This document shows positions 39,023 to 48,938 of a DNA stretch of 64,000 nucleotides, in pieces. Position numbers and translations under genes: made by a program. A model generated the notes under the pieces. That model saw only the letters and a program-made list of their open reading frames with translations, had not been told where the DNA came from and did not search any database. How positions within the stretch are numbered: the stretch's first letter is position 1; each line of letters begins with the position of its first letter. Source of the stretch: Candidatus Saccharimonadia bacterium. Its GTDB lineage: Bacteria > Patescibacteriota > Saccharimonadia > CAILAD01 > CAZGYV01. The stretch is taken from positions 15,534 to 79,533 of the forward strand of contig JAYRII010000015.1 in NCBI GenBank assembly GCA_041906885.1, written 5' to 3'.

Positions 39023-39277
39023 CTAGCGCCTGTAAACATCCTTGCGATGTTGCACCCGCAAAATTTTTGCCTCACCAGCTTCAATGTCAAACACAACCCT
39101 GTAAGTGCCAATGCGCCATCGATAATCACCATCACTTGAGTCTGTTAATCGTTTGGCAAAAGATAAAGGATTGGGCGCGTCCAAATAAAATCGAAGTTTT
39201 TTGAGGATCTGCTTTTGGGTAACCTTGTCTAGACTTTTGAAATCTTTTAGCGCCCTATGGGTAAACTCGGCCTTCAT
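39023..39277 (-). CDS. RelE/ParE-family toxin
   Basis: An 84-aa ORF; ..YRWRIGTYRVVFDIEAGEAKILRVQHRKDVYR is a typical RelE fold signature. Confidence 0.8.
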   Translation of the reverse strand: MKAEFTHRALKDFKSLDKVTQKQILKKLRFYLDAPNPLSFAKRLTDSSDGDYRWRIGTYRVVFDIEAGEAKILRVQHRKDVYRR

Positions 39278-39279
39278 AC

Positions 39280-39546
39280 CTATTCATTGGTACCCATCAC
39301 TTCGCGGTAAATATCTTCAAAAGGCACCGTCTTGCCCTGCTTGGCTTGCGCACGAGCCTTCCTGATACTGGCACGATATTTGGGGTCTTGCGATGCCAAC
39401 CAATCCTCAAGCATCTCCAAGTCAACCAATGCGACTTCGCCGCGTCCACGGCGCCTAATTTCTAATATATTGCCCTTTTTGACTTCATCAATAGCATCGC
39501 TTAGGTTAGCTCGCAATACGGTGGCATCAATAACTTTTATACTCAT
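39280..39546 (-). CDS. Phd/YefM-type antitoxin
   Basis: An 88-aa ORF immediately upstream of the toxin with a 2-nt gap; its N-terminus is Phd-like. Confidence 0.7.
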   Translation of the reverse strand: MSIKVIDATVLRANLSDAIDEVKKGNILEIRRRGRGEVALVDLEMLEDWLASQDPKYRASIRKARAQAKQGKTVPFEDIYREVMGTNE

Positions 39547-39640
39547 AGTAGTTCCTAATTATTAAATGTACATTTAGATTATACACTTCAATTATACATA
39601 AGGCAATGATTTTTATTATCCGCAATCAAAAAGCTTGGTA

Positions 39641-39686
39641 ATCAAAAAAGACCTCCGCAAACCTGCGAAAGTCCTTTTTGGTGGAG
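39641..39686. repeat. Copy B of the 46-nt repeat.
   Basis: ATCAAAAAAGACCTCCGCAAACCTGCGAAAGTCCTTTTTGGTGGAG, ~95 nt upstream of the antitoxin start. Confidence 0.7.
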
Positions 39687-39803
39687 ACAAGCAGTGATGC
39701 TTTATATAATTTTCTTGCATGCTCAGGAGCAAGCTTTTGCGCCTGCTCGTCATTAGTGCACCCCGCTGGCCAAGACCAGCTCGAACGGGTGCTCACTCCA
39801 GCA

Positions 39804-39849
39804 CAATCAAAAACGACCAAGCGCAGAGGCTTGGGCGTTTTTGGTGGAG
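39804..39849. repeat. Diverged third copy of the same element (shares the ATCAAAAACGACC head and the TTTTTGGTGGAG tail).
   Basis: The terminal ~12 nt match on both ends, but the middle has diverged. Confidence 0.4.
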
Positions 39850-40451
39850 CTGCAGGGAATTGCACCCTGGTCCATTTAAGGCTATCAATATAGCATCTAC
39901 AAGCTTAGTCAGCTTGGGAGTGGAGTTTAAGGAGTAAATAAAGCTTAAAACTGACCAAAAACTTTGCTCACTTCCCCTTCATTTTGGCTTAGGTAAAGGT
40001 CAAAGGGTAACCAAAACCGCAATCAGATAAATATGGCGCCCGTACTTCCCTATCTGACGTCAGGAGCTCGAGCGGCTATCGCGTATTACGCAAAAGCTGG
40101 TGCAAAAGCAGGCATGGCAAAAGCCGCGCGTACTTTGCTTACAAGTGATTTGGCACTTATAGTTGGTGGTGGTTTAACGCCCCTACCATGGCGGCTTGCA
40201 GCTACATGTCAAGTTCCTAATGTCGAAGCTAGTCAGCCCCATGTCGAGAATCGCTTCATTTCCGTTAAAAAGACAAGCTTTTTAACTTCAAATTACGCGA
40301 AACCTCTCCTCTTCAAATCAACCTCTATCGTCAAATTATTTTACAATTTATTGGTTATTCGGAAGAAATAATTTGCCAGCTGCGAGCTTGATTTGCTAAA
40401 AACACTTCTTTCAAGAAGCACCTGATATTCTACCACAAAAACGGCCATTTT

Positions 40452-41261
40452 TCAACTTGACGCCTTAAGCCAGTCTCTCACCTGTTTGGCCGCCTGACGC
40501 GGGCGCTCTAATGGATATAAATGACCAGCCTTAGGCACAAGACGTACTTCAATTTGCTCAGACTGCTCGCAATGAGTCAAAAAATCCCGATCGATCAACC
40601 AATCGGCATCACCGGCCAATAGGAGAGCTTTGGTTGTGATATCGCCAGTGTAGTCTTCTGCCCGAAAATTCTTAAGATCTTCGACAATCTCGACAATGAC
40701 ACTGATTGGCGTTTTGCCATTTGCAACTTGCCCCATCTTAATAAGCTGCTTTTGGCGGTCACGATCTTTATCCGCAAAGAACATCTGCCCAGTATATCGA
40801 CTAAATAGATAGCTCGACAAAAGATTCCTCACTAGCTTCTTTGGTAAAAACCGACCGGCTTTATAGGCATGATCAATCAGGGACATTTTGTACTCAGGAC
40901 AAGGTGAAATTAGGACTAATCGCTTGAGCTTGAAACCTAGTGCGTTGTAGGTTAGAGCGATCAGAGCACCGTAGGAGTGTCCAATGATTATTGGGCGTGC
41001 GACACGCAACTGACACAAGAACGAGTCAAGCCAACGGGCATAAGACTCGACTGAATGCATTTCATCAAGAAGTTCGGATCCACCATGAGACGGTAGATCA
41101 GGCATGACAACATGATAGTCACTAAATTCTTTAGCAAAATCGACTAAAGACTCATGACTACCCCGAAAGCCATGCACAATCACGAGAGCTTGCTTGGACT
41201 CGAGATTAACCTCCCAGTAGTGGCAAATACGGCCGTTTATTGAGGTATGCTTTTTGGTCAT
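40452..41261 (-). CDS. Alpha/beta-fold hydrolase
   Basis: VIVHGF..G and the nucleophile elbow GHSYG; 269 aa. Confidence 0.75.
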   Translation of the reverse strand: MTKKHTSINGRICHYWEVNLESKQALVIVHGFRGSHESLVDFAKEFSDYHVVMPDLPSHGGSELLDEMHSVESYARWLDSFLCQLRVARPIIIGHSYGALIALTYNALGFKLKRLVLISPCPEYKMSLIDHAYKAGRFLPKKLVRNLLSSYLFSRYTGQMFFADKDRDRQKQLIKMGQVANGKTPISVIVEIVEDLKNFRAEDYTGDITTKALLLAGDADWLIDRDFLTHCEQSEQIEVRLVPKAGHLYPLERPRQAAKQVRDWLKASS

Positions 41262-41339
41262 AGCTAAATCTTACATTCAAAAGCTATTATAAAGCACGGC
41301 TTTGGTAAAACCACCAGCTTATAGCTATAATAAAGACTA

Positions 41340-42359
41340 ATGAGCAAATTGAAGATAAACATGATTTCAGAGTCAGCTGGCGGCGTAAAAGGTCATGGTG
41401 TCCACACTGCTTTCGTCGAAACAGTCGACGCCATTGCCAAGCACAAAGATATTGACCTTAAGGTCAATAGCCGGCGGCCAGCCGACATCAATCACATCCA
41501 GACAGTCGGGCTATATAGCCTGTCGATCTTGATTTTTGGCAAGGGTAAAAAAGTCATCTCGGTCCATGTCATTCCAGATTCATTCGTTGGGTCGCTGGCC
41601 GGTGCAAAATATTGGTATGGTCTAGCTAAAGTCTATCTAAAGTATTTTTACAATAAAGCCGACCTACTCATAGCTGTCTCGGATGAAGTCAAAGACAATC
41701 TGGTGGAACAGCTGCGTGTCAAACCGCCGATCAAGACGATCTTTAATAGTATTGATAGCTCTAGATACCATGTCCAAGCCGGTGAAAAGCATAAATTACG
41801 CCAACAAATGGGCCTTAAAGATAACGCCACCATCATAGTCAGTAGTGGCCAGATTCAACCTCGCAAACGATTTGATGTTTTCTTAAAGCTAGCTAAATCA
41901 ATGCCAGACTATCAATTCATCTGGGTTGGTGGTATTCCGTTTAAGAAGTTAGGAGCAGAATATAAAAAAATGCAGAAGCTGATCAACTCCGCACCTGATA
42001 ATCTCAAAGTCACCGGCGTAATCGAGCACGACGAAGTAAGATCATACTATGCCATTGCTGATGTCTTTATCTTACCCTCCGAGCAGGAAAATCACCCGTT
42101 GGCTGTGATTGAGGCGGCTGCTAGCGGCCTGCCGATAATTTTACGCGACCTAGCATTGTATGATTCGTCATTTGGTGACTTGGTGATTAAAGGTGACGAC
42201 AAGCAGTTTGCCGCCATCATCAAAAAAGTTACCAGTGATCGTAATTTCCGCCAAACCGCTCAGGATAACTCGGCCATACTAGCCGACAAATTTGATAGCC
42301 AAACGCTAGCTGGAGAACTGATCAATGAATACAAAAAGCTAGCCGGAGCAATAAAATGA
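41340..42359 (+). CDS. Glycosyltransferase family 4
   Basis: GT-B C-terminal motif (..EQENHPLAVIEAAASGLPII..). Confidence 0.75.
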   Translation: MSKLKINMISESAGGVKGHGVHTAFVETVDAIAKHKDIDLKVNSRRPADINHIQTVGLYSLSILIFGKGKKVISVHVIPDSFVGSLAGAKYWYGLAKVYLKYFYNKADLLIAVSDEVKDNLVEQLRVKPPIKTIFNSIDSSRYHVQAGEKHKLRQQMGLKDNATIIVSSGQIQPRKRFDVFLKLAKSMPDYQFIWVGGIPFKKLGAEYKKMQKLINSAPDNLKVTGVIEHDEVRSYYAIADVFILPSEQENHPLAVIEAAASGLPIILRDLALYDSSFGDLVIKGDDKQFAAIIKKVTSDRNFRQTAQDNSAILADKFDSQTLAGELINEYKKLAGAIK

Positions 42360-43609
42360 AAATCGGCTTTTTTACAGATCGATATTATCCTCAAGTAGAT
42401 GGCGTGGCGGTTTCAGTCGAACTTTATCGTAAAGCACTCGAAAAATTAGGACATCAGGTATATATCTTTGCTCCTGAAGGAAAAAGAAAAATCAAACCAG
42501 AATCTGATCGCATCATCCGCTTTAAATCATTTCCAAGTATTTGGTATGAAGATTATCGAGACACTCTACCGTGGACACCAACTAATATTAATCGGGTTAA
42601 AGCTTGTGATCTTGATATTATCCACATCCATACTCCAGCCCAAATTGGCCTACTTGGTATTAGGATCGCCAAGGAAGACAACATTCCGCTGGTGACCACT
42701 TACCACACCGATATTGAGCAATATATAACAACTTACAAACGCTTGGTAGCTGGGTTTGTAGCAGGAATCCTTCTGGCACCAGCCATTGTAAATGACACAA
42801 CACTTTTAAAATCGACCATCAAAGCATTTAAACCTGAGAGGCCTTATTCGCACTGGAATAAGAAAATTGTTCGTGATACCCTAACTATTTTTCATAATAA
42901 TTGTGACTTAGTGATTGCTCCCTCGAAAAAAATGCACGATCTACTAATAAAATATCACACCACCTCGCCCATCGAGACCCTACCAACCGGTCTTGATTTT
43001 GATGATACCAATCTGAAACCGGCCTTTAACCCGCGAATCCGATATAAAATCGGCTCATACCCTTTACTACTTTTTGTGGGTCGACTAGGTGGTGAAAAAA
43101 ATATTGATCTGGCCATCAATGCATTGCCAAATGTACTAGATAAACACCCCAACACAAAACTAATCCTAGTCGGCGATGGTCCACACAAGGCTGAGCTAAA
43201 GAGCCTTGTACAAGCCCAAAATTTATCCAAATATGTAATCTTTGCCGGTGTTCAGTCCAGGTCGAATACAATGGCATTTTTTAGATCTGCCGATATCTTT
43301 GTCTTTCCTTCCACTACCGACACTCAGGGTTTAGTCGTCAACGAAGCTTACGGCGCAAAATTACCGACCGTTTTTTGCGATGAACAAATCTCGAGCTTAC
43401 TTCAAGACAACAAGACCGGCCTACTTGCCAACAATGAAGCCTTAGATTTTGCAAATAAAATCTTATATCTAATCGACCACCCAAATAAAGCCAAATCATT
43501 CGGTCAAGCTGGCTTTGAGCTTGCAAAAGAGCTCGATATCAACAAGCAAGCCAAGAAGCTAATCGTAATGTATGAAAAAGTCATAGCTAAAAAAGATCAC
43601 ATAGCATGA
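42356..43609 (+). CDS. Glycosyltransferase family 4 (glycolipid-type, DagGlcT-like)
   Basis: N-terminal YPQVDGVAVSV and C-terminal FPSTTDTQGLVVNEAYGAKLPTV; its start overlaps the previous gene by 4 nt. Confidence 0.75.
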   Translation: MKIGFFTDRYYPQVDGVAVSVELYRKALEKLGHQVYIFAPEGKRKIKPESDRIIRFKSFPSIWYEDYRDTLPWTPTNINRVKACDLDIIHIHTPAQIGLLGIRIAKEDNIPLVTTYHTDIEQYITTYKRLVAGFVAGILLAPAIVNDTTLLKSTIKAFKPERPYSHWNKKIVRDTLTIFHNNCDLVIAPSKKMHDLLIKYHTTSPIETLPTGLDFDDTNLKPAFNPRIRYKIGSYPLLLFVGRLGGEKNIDLAINALPNVLDKHPNTKLILVGDGPHKAELKSLVQAQNLSKYVIFAGVQSRSNTMAFFRSADIFVFPSTTDTQGLVVNEAYGAKLPTVFCDEQISSLLQDNKTGLLANNEALDFANKILYLIDHPNKAKSFGQAGFELAKELDINKQAKKLIVMYEKVIAKKDHIA

Positions 43610-44706
43610 AAAAAGTTTTAATCTTAACCGCCAGCCACGGACATGGTCACCTAGCTACAGCCAATGCTCTCAAACAAGCCATTGACCAAGAATATCCTAA
43701 AGCAATCAACGTTGTAATCGTTGACCTCTTAGAGGAAATGCGCCGCCACTGGAATCAATTCATCAATAAGTCATATATGGGTGCAACCAAGTATGCCCCG
43801 ATACTCTACAAAATGATCTTTGAGGCAACTGATTCAAGGCAAGTGGCTGAGTCATTTGGTAAGTTTATGTATATTTTCAATCAAAAACGACTGGCCAGAT
43901 TCTTAACTGATCAAAATCCTAGCCTAATCATTATCAATTATGCCGCCTACCAAGAAACAATTGGCTTGGTAGCCGAAAAATACTTACCATCTACTCCATT
44001 AGTCGCCTTGATCACTGATAGTATCAGTATCCACAGCGGCTGGACTAGCAAATTTACAGACTACTATATTGTGGCCAATCAAGATACGGCTGAAGTAGTC
44101 AAGAAATTAGGTGCTCAAGACAGTCAAATTAAACCGCTCGGCTACCCAGTTAACCTGGCTTTTACCGAACCATTTGATAAATCAGCTTTTTTATCTAAAT
44201 TACATCTGAATACTAGTAAAAAAACGGTGCTTTTTTTACCAACCACCGACAAGATCAACAAAAGTCGACAAATCATTAGTAGTCTATTAAAGATGGCCGA
44301 AACCAACGTGATTGTAGTGACAGGGCGCAACAAAGACATATATGAAAAACTAACAATATTTAATGAGTATAACAACTATCATCAAGTCGGATGGACCAAT
44401 CAGATGGCTAACTTTATTATGGCCAGTGATTTGGTGATTAGTAAGGCGGGCGGCTCGACCGTCATGGAGTGTATTGCTGCTGAAGTGCCAATGGTGATCC
44501 ACAGTATCATTCCTGGTCAAGAGGAAGGCAACGCTAAATATATTAGTCGATATCACCTTGGGATTATTGAACTCAATACAAAACTTATTCCTCAGGCTGT
44601 TAAAAATGTTTTTGCACGCTATAACGATTACAAGAAAAATCTGCATCAACATTCCGACCCAAGAGCTGCTATCAAAATAGCTGATTATATTAGTGAACTT
44701 TTGTAG
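43606..44706 (+). CDS. MGDG-synthase/UgtP-like diacylglycerol glycosyltransferase (GT28)
   Basis: N-terminal LILTASHGHGHLATANAL, typical of the MGDG_synth/UgtP family; 4-nt overlap with the upstream GT. Confidence 0.65.
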   Translation: MKKVLILTASHGHGHLATANALKQAIDQEYPKAINVVIVDLLEEMRRHWNQFINKSYMGATKYAPILYKMIFEATDSRQVAESFGKFMYIFNQKRLARFLTDQNPSLIIINYAAYQETIGLVAEKYLPSTPLVALITDSISIHSGWTSKFTDYYIVANQDTAEVVKKLGAQDSQIKPLGYPVNLAFTEPFDKSAFLSKLHLNTSKKTVLFLPTTDKINKSRQIISSLLKMAETNVIVVTGRNKDIYEKLTIFNEYNNYHQVGWTNQMANFIMASDLVISKAGGSTVMECIAAEVPMVIHSIIPGQEEGNAKYISRYHLGIIELNTKLIPQAVKNVFARYNDYKKNLHQHSDPRAAIKIADYISELL

Positions 44707-44736
44707 ATTTTGCCATAAAAAGTTGATACCATAAGA

Positions 44737-45855
44737 ATGATGGATTCAATTGCAACTCAGATTAATCAAAAACGGGCACATAATTATCACCAGCCGCGTG
44801 CCCATCAGTTAGTCCCTGAAAGTCAAACTGATAATGCAGTGGCTAAACCTGTTGATATACCTTTGGCTCCAGAACTCAAGCAACCCACTCAAAAAGATGA
44901 TGAACACAAAGGCAAGACCATAGACATCAAAATAGAGCCAGCCGAACCAGAACTGCGTCGCGACTACCTATTCCATGATTACGTCCTAATTGCGCCCAAG
45001 CGTTTTAATCGGCCATTCGACACCAGGCAGCACAGTGGTCAACTATTTGAGACTGCCAGCAGCCCTCGGCTTGATGCTCAAGCTGAAGTCTACAGCCTCA
45101 AAGACGACAATGGTCAGTGGCTGACAAAAGTGGTTGAAAACAAGTTCCCTTCTTTAACGATCGATAATCCGAAGGCTTATGGAAAGCAAGAAATTGTCAT
45201 CGACACACCTCTGGCTAACGTACAGCTGGGCGAGCTGGAAGATAAACAGCTCGTCAATGTCTTGATGACCTATCAGGAAAGAGTGCGAGACCTCTCAAAA
45301 GTCGAAAATATTAAATATGTGCTAGTTTTCAAGAATGAAGGCCATCAAGCCGGTGCTTCTTTGGCCCACGCTCACACCCAAATCTTTGCCCTACCGATGA
45401 TACCACAAAGATTTATGGATCAATCAGAGATGATCGAGCAATATTTTGAGCAAAATAAAACCGACCCGTTTGACGCCATTATTAAGTTCGAGAAAGACCA
45501 TAACCAGCGAATCATTAGTGAGAACAACAATTTCATTAGTTTCTGCCCCTATGCGCCTCTCTGGCCACTAGAAGCCTGGATCTTACCTAAACGTGCCATT
45601 CGTTCTTTCGACCAATTAACTAGCCAGGATCTGTTCGATCTGGCCATCCTTTTGAAACAAATTATCGCCAAACTCAATCAAAATCAGATTAATTACAATT
45701 TCTTTATCGAGAATGGCGTATCTGAACATCACCGACTAGCCATCAAAGTCCGCCCTCGCGATGTGGTCAGTCCATGGGGCGGTTTCGAAGTTGCTACTGG
45801 CATGGTCATCAATAGTATTCCTCCTGAAGCTGCTGCCGCTTGGTACAAAAGTTAG
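44737..45855 (+). CDS. GalT-like hexose-1-phosphate nucleotidyltransferase (HIT superfamily) with a ~100-aa unusual N-terminal extension.
   Basis: APKRFNRPFD and the His-x-His-x-Gln active site GASLAHAHTQIFALP. Confidence 0.65.
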   Translation: MMDSIATQINQKRAHNYHQPRAHQLVPESQTDNAVAKPVDIPLAPELKQPTQKDDEHKGKTIDIKIEPAEPELRRDYLFHDYVLIAPKRFNRPFDTRQHSGQLFETASSPRLDAQAEVYSLKDDNGQWLTKVVENKFPSLTIDNPKAYGKQEIVIDTPLANVQLGELEDKQLVNVLMTYQERVRDLSKVENIKYVLVFKNEGHQAGASLAHAHTQIFALPMIPQRFMDQSEMIEQYFEQNKTDPFDAIIKFEKDHNQRIISENNNFISFCPYAPLWPLEAWILPKRAIRSFDQLTSQDLFDLAILLKQIIAKLNQNQINYNFFIENGVSEHHRLAIKVRPRDVVSPWGGFEVATGMVINSIPPEAAAAWYKS

Positions 45856-45915
45856 ATTTATTATAGTATTAGCCTCTCGAGAAAGACTATAATGGGAAGA
45901 TAGGAGGAGGATTAT

Positions 45916-46299
45916 ATGGATAAATTTAGATTTGATATCGAGAAGCAAGCCCAAGATAATGACGCCTTTAGACGTGTACTATGGACAGGCAAAAACTCTC
46001 AGCTCGTCCTGATGTCGCTCAAAGCCAGCGAAGAAATTGGTGAAGAGGTTCATCACCTTGACCAGTTGCTATTTTTCGTAACCGGATCTGGTAAGGCTAT
46101 CTTAGAAGATGAGGAGTTGGAGTTTAAGCAGGGCCAATGCGTTGTCGTGCCAGCCGAGACTAAGCACAATTTTATTAACACTTCAGACAATGAGGCCGTC
46201 AAGCTATATACGGTTTACTCTCCACCAGAACACGTCGACGGCACAGTTCACCGCACTAAAGCCGAGGCGGATGTCGCTGAGTCCGAACATCATAGCTAG
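45916..46299 (+). CDS. Cupin-domain protein
   Basis: 127 aa, two-His cupin motif region; strong RBS AGGAGGAGG upstream. Confidence 0.65.
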   Translation: MDKFRFDIEKQAQDNDAFRRVLWTGKNSQLVLMSLKASEEIGEEVHHLDQLLFFVTGSGKAILEDEELEFKQGQCVVVPAETKHNFINTSDNEAVKLYTVYSPPEHVDGTVHRTKAEADVAESEHHS

Positions 46300-46315
46300 A
46301 GTTGGTATTGCGACG

Positions 46316-46345
46316 ACAAAACAGGGCCCAACAGCCCTGTTTTTA
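46316..46345 (+). terminator. Intrinsic terminator (CAGGGC-CCAACA-GCCCTG + TTTTT).
   Basis: Stem at 46322-46339 followed by a T-run; ends the GT/galT/cupin operon. Confidence 0.65.
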
Positions 46346-46480
46346 GTTTAGAAATGGCTTAATATAAATATCGTTGTAATATTTACTACGTTATTATATG
46401 GTTAGAATTAGATATTTTACTTGACTATTCGTATTTTGTTCGTATATACTCGTTTGTAAGTACATTTAACGAGACAAAAT

Positions 46481-47977
46481 ATGCTATCCACTACTACTTC
46501 TTATGCTAATAATGGTATAGATTCCAAACAAGTTATAGTTGAAACTGACATTCACAACGGGCTGCCAGGCTTTACCATAGTTGGTCTAGCTCAAAAAGCT
46601 GTTGAAGAGTCGAAGGAACGGATTAGGAGTGCTATAAAAAACAGCGGCTTCAACATTCCACCTAAGAGAATAACGATCAACTTAGCTCCGGCTGACCTCC
46701 CCAAAAATGGTACCGGCTTCGATCTAGCAATGGCAATTGGCCTACTAGCCTCCTCTGGCCAATTAACAATTCCAGAAAAGCAAGTTGCATTTTACGGCGA
46801 GCTTGGGCTAGATGGGTCAATTCGTCCAGTTAGAGCCACGCTCAATGTCTGTCATCAAGCACAGCTCGATGGTATTGAGGAGCTCTATGTCGCAGAAGCA
46901 AATGCCAAACAAGCTGCTTTAATAGCAAATATTAAAGTTTTTCCGATTAATAGTCTGTCTCAATTGATTTGGCATTTATTGGGTGAGCGACAGCTGGATG
47001 CGCTGGAACAAACTAAACTAGTGGCCACCTCGGACGATATTATAAACGACATGAAGGATATTCAAGGCCAAGCTCAAGCTAAGCGTGCTATGGAGATTGC
47101 TATTGCCGGCAATCACAATATATTACTCTCCGGCCCACCAGGTGCGGGCAAAACCATGCTAGCTCGAGCCGCCGCCGAACTATTACCCGCTCCTGACTTT
47201 GACGAAGTTATTGAAATAAGCCGTTTGCATGGCTTAATCGACCAAGAATACGACAAAGTATACTCTTGTAGACCTTTTAGGAATCCACACCACAGTGCCA
47301 GCGATATTGCCTTAGTCGGTGGTGGCCAAAGCCCACGACCAGGGGAAATTAGCCTGTCTCATCGAGGCGTCTTATTTTTAGATGAATTCGCCGAGTTCCC
47401 CCGTCACGTTATAGAATCACTTCGTCAACCGCTAGAAAGTGGTATTATCACAATTTCTAGATCAAAAGCCAGTATGGAATTTCCAGCTGACTTCATATTA
47501 ATTGCTGCCCAGAATCCATGTCCATGTGGTTTTTTCGGTGACAATCTTAAAAATTGCACTTGTTCGGCTCAACAACTATCCCGTTATCAGAATAAACTTT
47601 CTGGTCCGTTGCTCGACAGAATAGACTTACATGTCAATGTCGCTCGAATTGAAACAACTGACTTATTAAATAAAAAGCCTGCTGAGCCCAGCTGGAAGAT
47701 CAAAAAACGGATAATCAGCGCCCGTAAGTTACAAAAAAATCGATTTAAAGGTACTAATATCAGTACGAATAACCATATGTCAGCCAAAGAATTAGATAGT
47801 TGTTGTATTATTGACAACGATACTCAAGACTTAGCCTTAAAAGTTTTGTCGAATTTACAACTATCGGCTCGTGGCTATATCAGAATACTAAAAGTCAGTC
47901 GTACGATTGCCGATCTGGATAAATCACCCAATATCAAGCTGCATCACTTCACCGAGGCTCTTCAATATAGATTCTAG
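46481..47977 (+). CDS. comM: YifB/ComM Mg-chelatase-like AAA+ ATPase
   Basis: Lon-like N-terminus (..ITINLAPADLPKNGTGFDLAMAIGLL..), AAA+ Walker A GPPGAGKTM, 498 aa. A TTGACT-17-TATATA promoter lies at ~46425-46455. Confidence 0.85.
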   Translation: MLSTTTSYANNGIDSKQVIVETDIHNGLPGFTIVGLAQKAVEESKERIRSAIKNSGFNIPPKRITINLAPADLPKNGTGFDLAMAIGLLASSGQLTIPEKQVAFYGELGLDGSIRPVRATLNVCHQAQLDGIEELYVAEANAKQAALIANIKVFPINSLSQLIWHLLGERQLDALEQTKLVATSDDIINDMKDIQGQAQAKRAMEIAIAGNHNILLSGPPGAGKTMLARAAAELLPAPDFDEVIEISRLHGLIDQEYDKVYSCRPFRNPHHSASDIALVGGGQSPRPGEISLSHRGVLFLDEFAEFPRHVIESLRQPLESGIITISRSKASMEFPADFILIAAQNPCPCGFFGDNLKNCTCSAQQLSRYQNKLSGPLLDRIDLHVNVARIETTDLLNKKPAEPSWKIKKRIISARKLQKNRFKGTNISTNNHMSAKELDSCCIIDNDTQDLALKVLSNLQLSARGYIRILKVSRTIADLDKSPNIKLHHFTEALQYRF

Positions 47978-47982
47978 ACGAG

Positions 47983-48366
47983 CTAGATCTTAACTAGATG
48001 ATAAATAGCTGGTCCCAGCGGCGTATATTGAAAGATGAGCCACAAAATTATCAGCATACCAATAATGATACCGGATGTTACAAAGGATCGGCGGAGATCT
48101 TTTTTGACATATTCATGCCCAGACGTGTTAATCTTAAGTGTTTTGCCTGATTTTACTGACTTGGCTTTTTCGGAAGATTGAACATTTTTTTCACTCGTTT
48201 CGATTGGCTGATTTTTACCTGTAAGCTGCTCATTTGGTTGATTGCTTTGAGCTACTTCCGCAGTCATCGATGATGACTTAATATGCTGTTTTTTCTTCTT
48301 CGAAGTCTGCCCGGCATGAAATTTTCGCTTGGATTTTTTCTTCTTTGCCATATAACTTCTCCTCAC
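47983..48366 (-). CDS. Hypothetical Lys/Ser-rich basic protein with a C-terminal TM anchor.
   Basis: A 127-aa ORF with no recognisable domain. Confidence 0.4.
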   Translation of the reverse strand: MRRSYMAKKKKSKRKFHAGQTSKKKKQHIKSSSMTAEVAQSNQPNEQLTGKNQPIETSEKNVQSSEKAKSVKSGKTLKINTSGHEYVKKDLRRSFVTSGIIIGMLIILWLIFQYTPLGPAIYHLVKI

Positions 48367-48938
48367 TTAATCACTTGCCATTCTACTGTAGCTTACTTGA
48401 GTTGCCAAGTAATAGTAAGACCAGATATAATATTCTTAAATTACTAAAGGTGGTGAGTTTGAACGCGTTATTGGTAATCATTGTAATGCTTCTGGTCATA
48501 AGTAATAGCTATTGCATTTGGCAACTCTTAGATCTGAAGAAAAGTTATGGCCACTTTTTCGATAAGTCTGACCCAAAAAATGTTGAGCAGTTATTAAAAA
48601 GTTACTCCTCGCAGGTCAAAGATGTTTTATCAAAACTTGATGAATTAGCTACATTTACTGCCAAGTTGCACCAGGGCCATTCCATAGCCCTGACTAAAGT
48701 AGGGATGATTCGATTTAATCCATTTAACGACACCGGTGGCGACCAAAGCTTTTGCCTAGCTGCACTTGATAGTCACAATAATGGTTTTATTATTTCCAGC
48801 ATTCATGCTAGAACTGGCACGAGGGTTTACGCCAAAGAGATCAGCGGTGGAAAAAGTAAACATAATTTATCAGATGAAGAAAGTATTGCCCTTAAGCGAG
48901 CCTTAACTGTCAAACCACCGACTCTTAAGAAGCCATGA
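48345..48938 (+). CDS. DUF4446-like membrane-anchored protein. The true start is probably internal (GTG 48450/48453 or ATG 48486), which would avoid overlap with the convergent ORF.
   Basis: An N-terminal TM helix, then ..IRFNPFNDTGGDQSFCLAALDSHNNGFIISSIHARTGTRVYAKEI.. resembling DUF4446. Confidence 0.45.
   Translation: MPYNFSSLNHLPFYCSLLELPSNSKTRYNILKLLKVVSLNALLVIIVMLLVISNSYCIWQLLDLKKSYGHFFDKSDPKNVEQLLKSYSSQVKDVLSKLDELATFTAKLHQGHSIALTKVGMIRFNPFNDTGGDQSFCLAALDSHNNGFIISSIHARTGTRVYAKEISGGKSKHNLSDEESIALKRALTVKPPTLKKP

Noticed and set aside
39626-40371. ORFs 39626..39865 (-), 39678..39937 (+) and 40033..40371 (+) in the islet beside the TA module.
   Set aside because: No ribosome-binding sites, mutually overlapping, compositionally biased (Ala/Gly/Lys or Pro/Trp/Ser), and one spans the 46-nt repeat. 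I treat the segment as non-coding or decayed DNA rather than calling a bacteriocin-like peptide.
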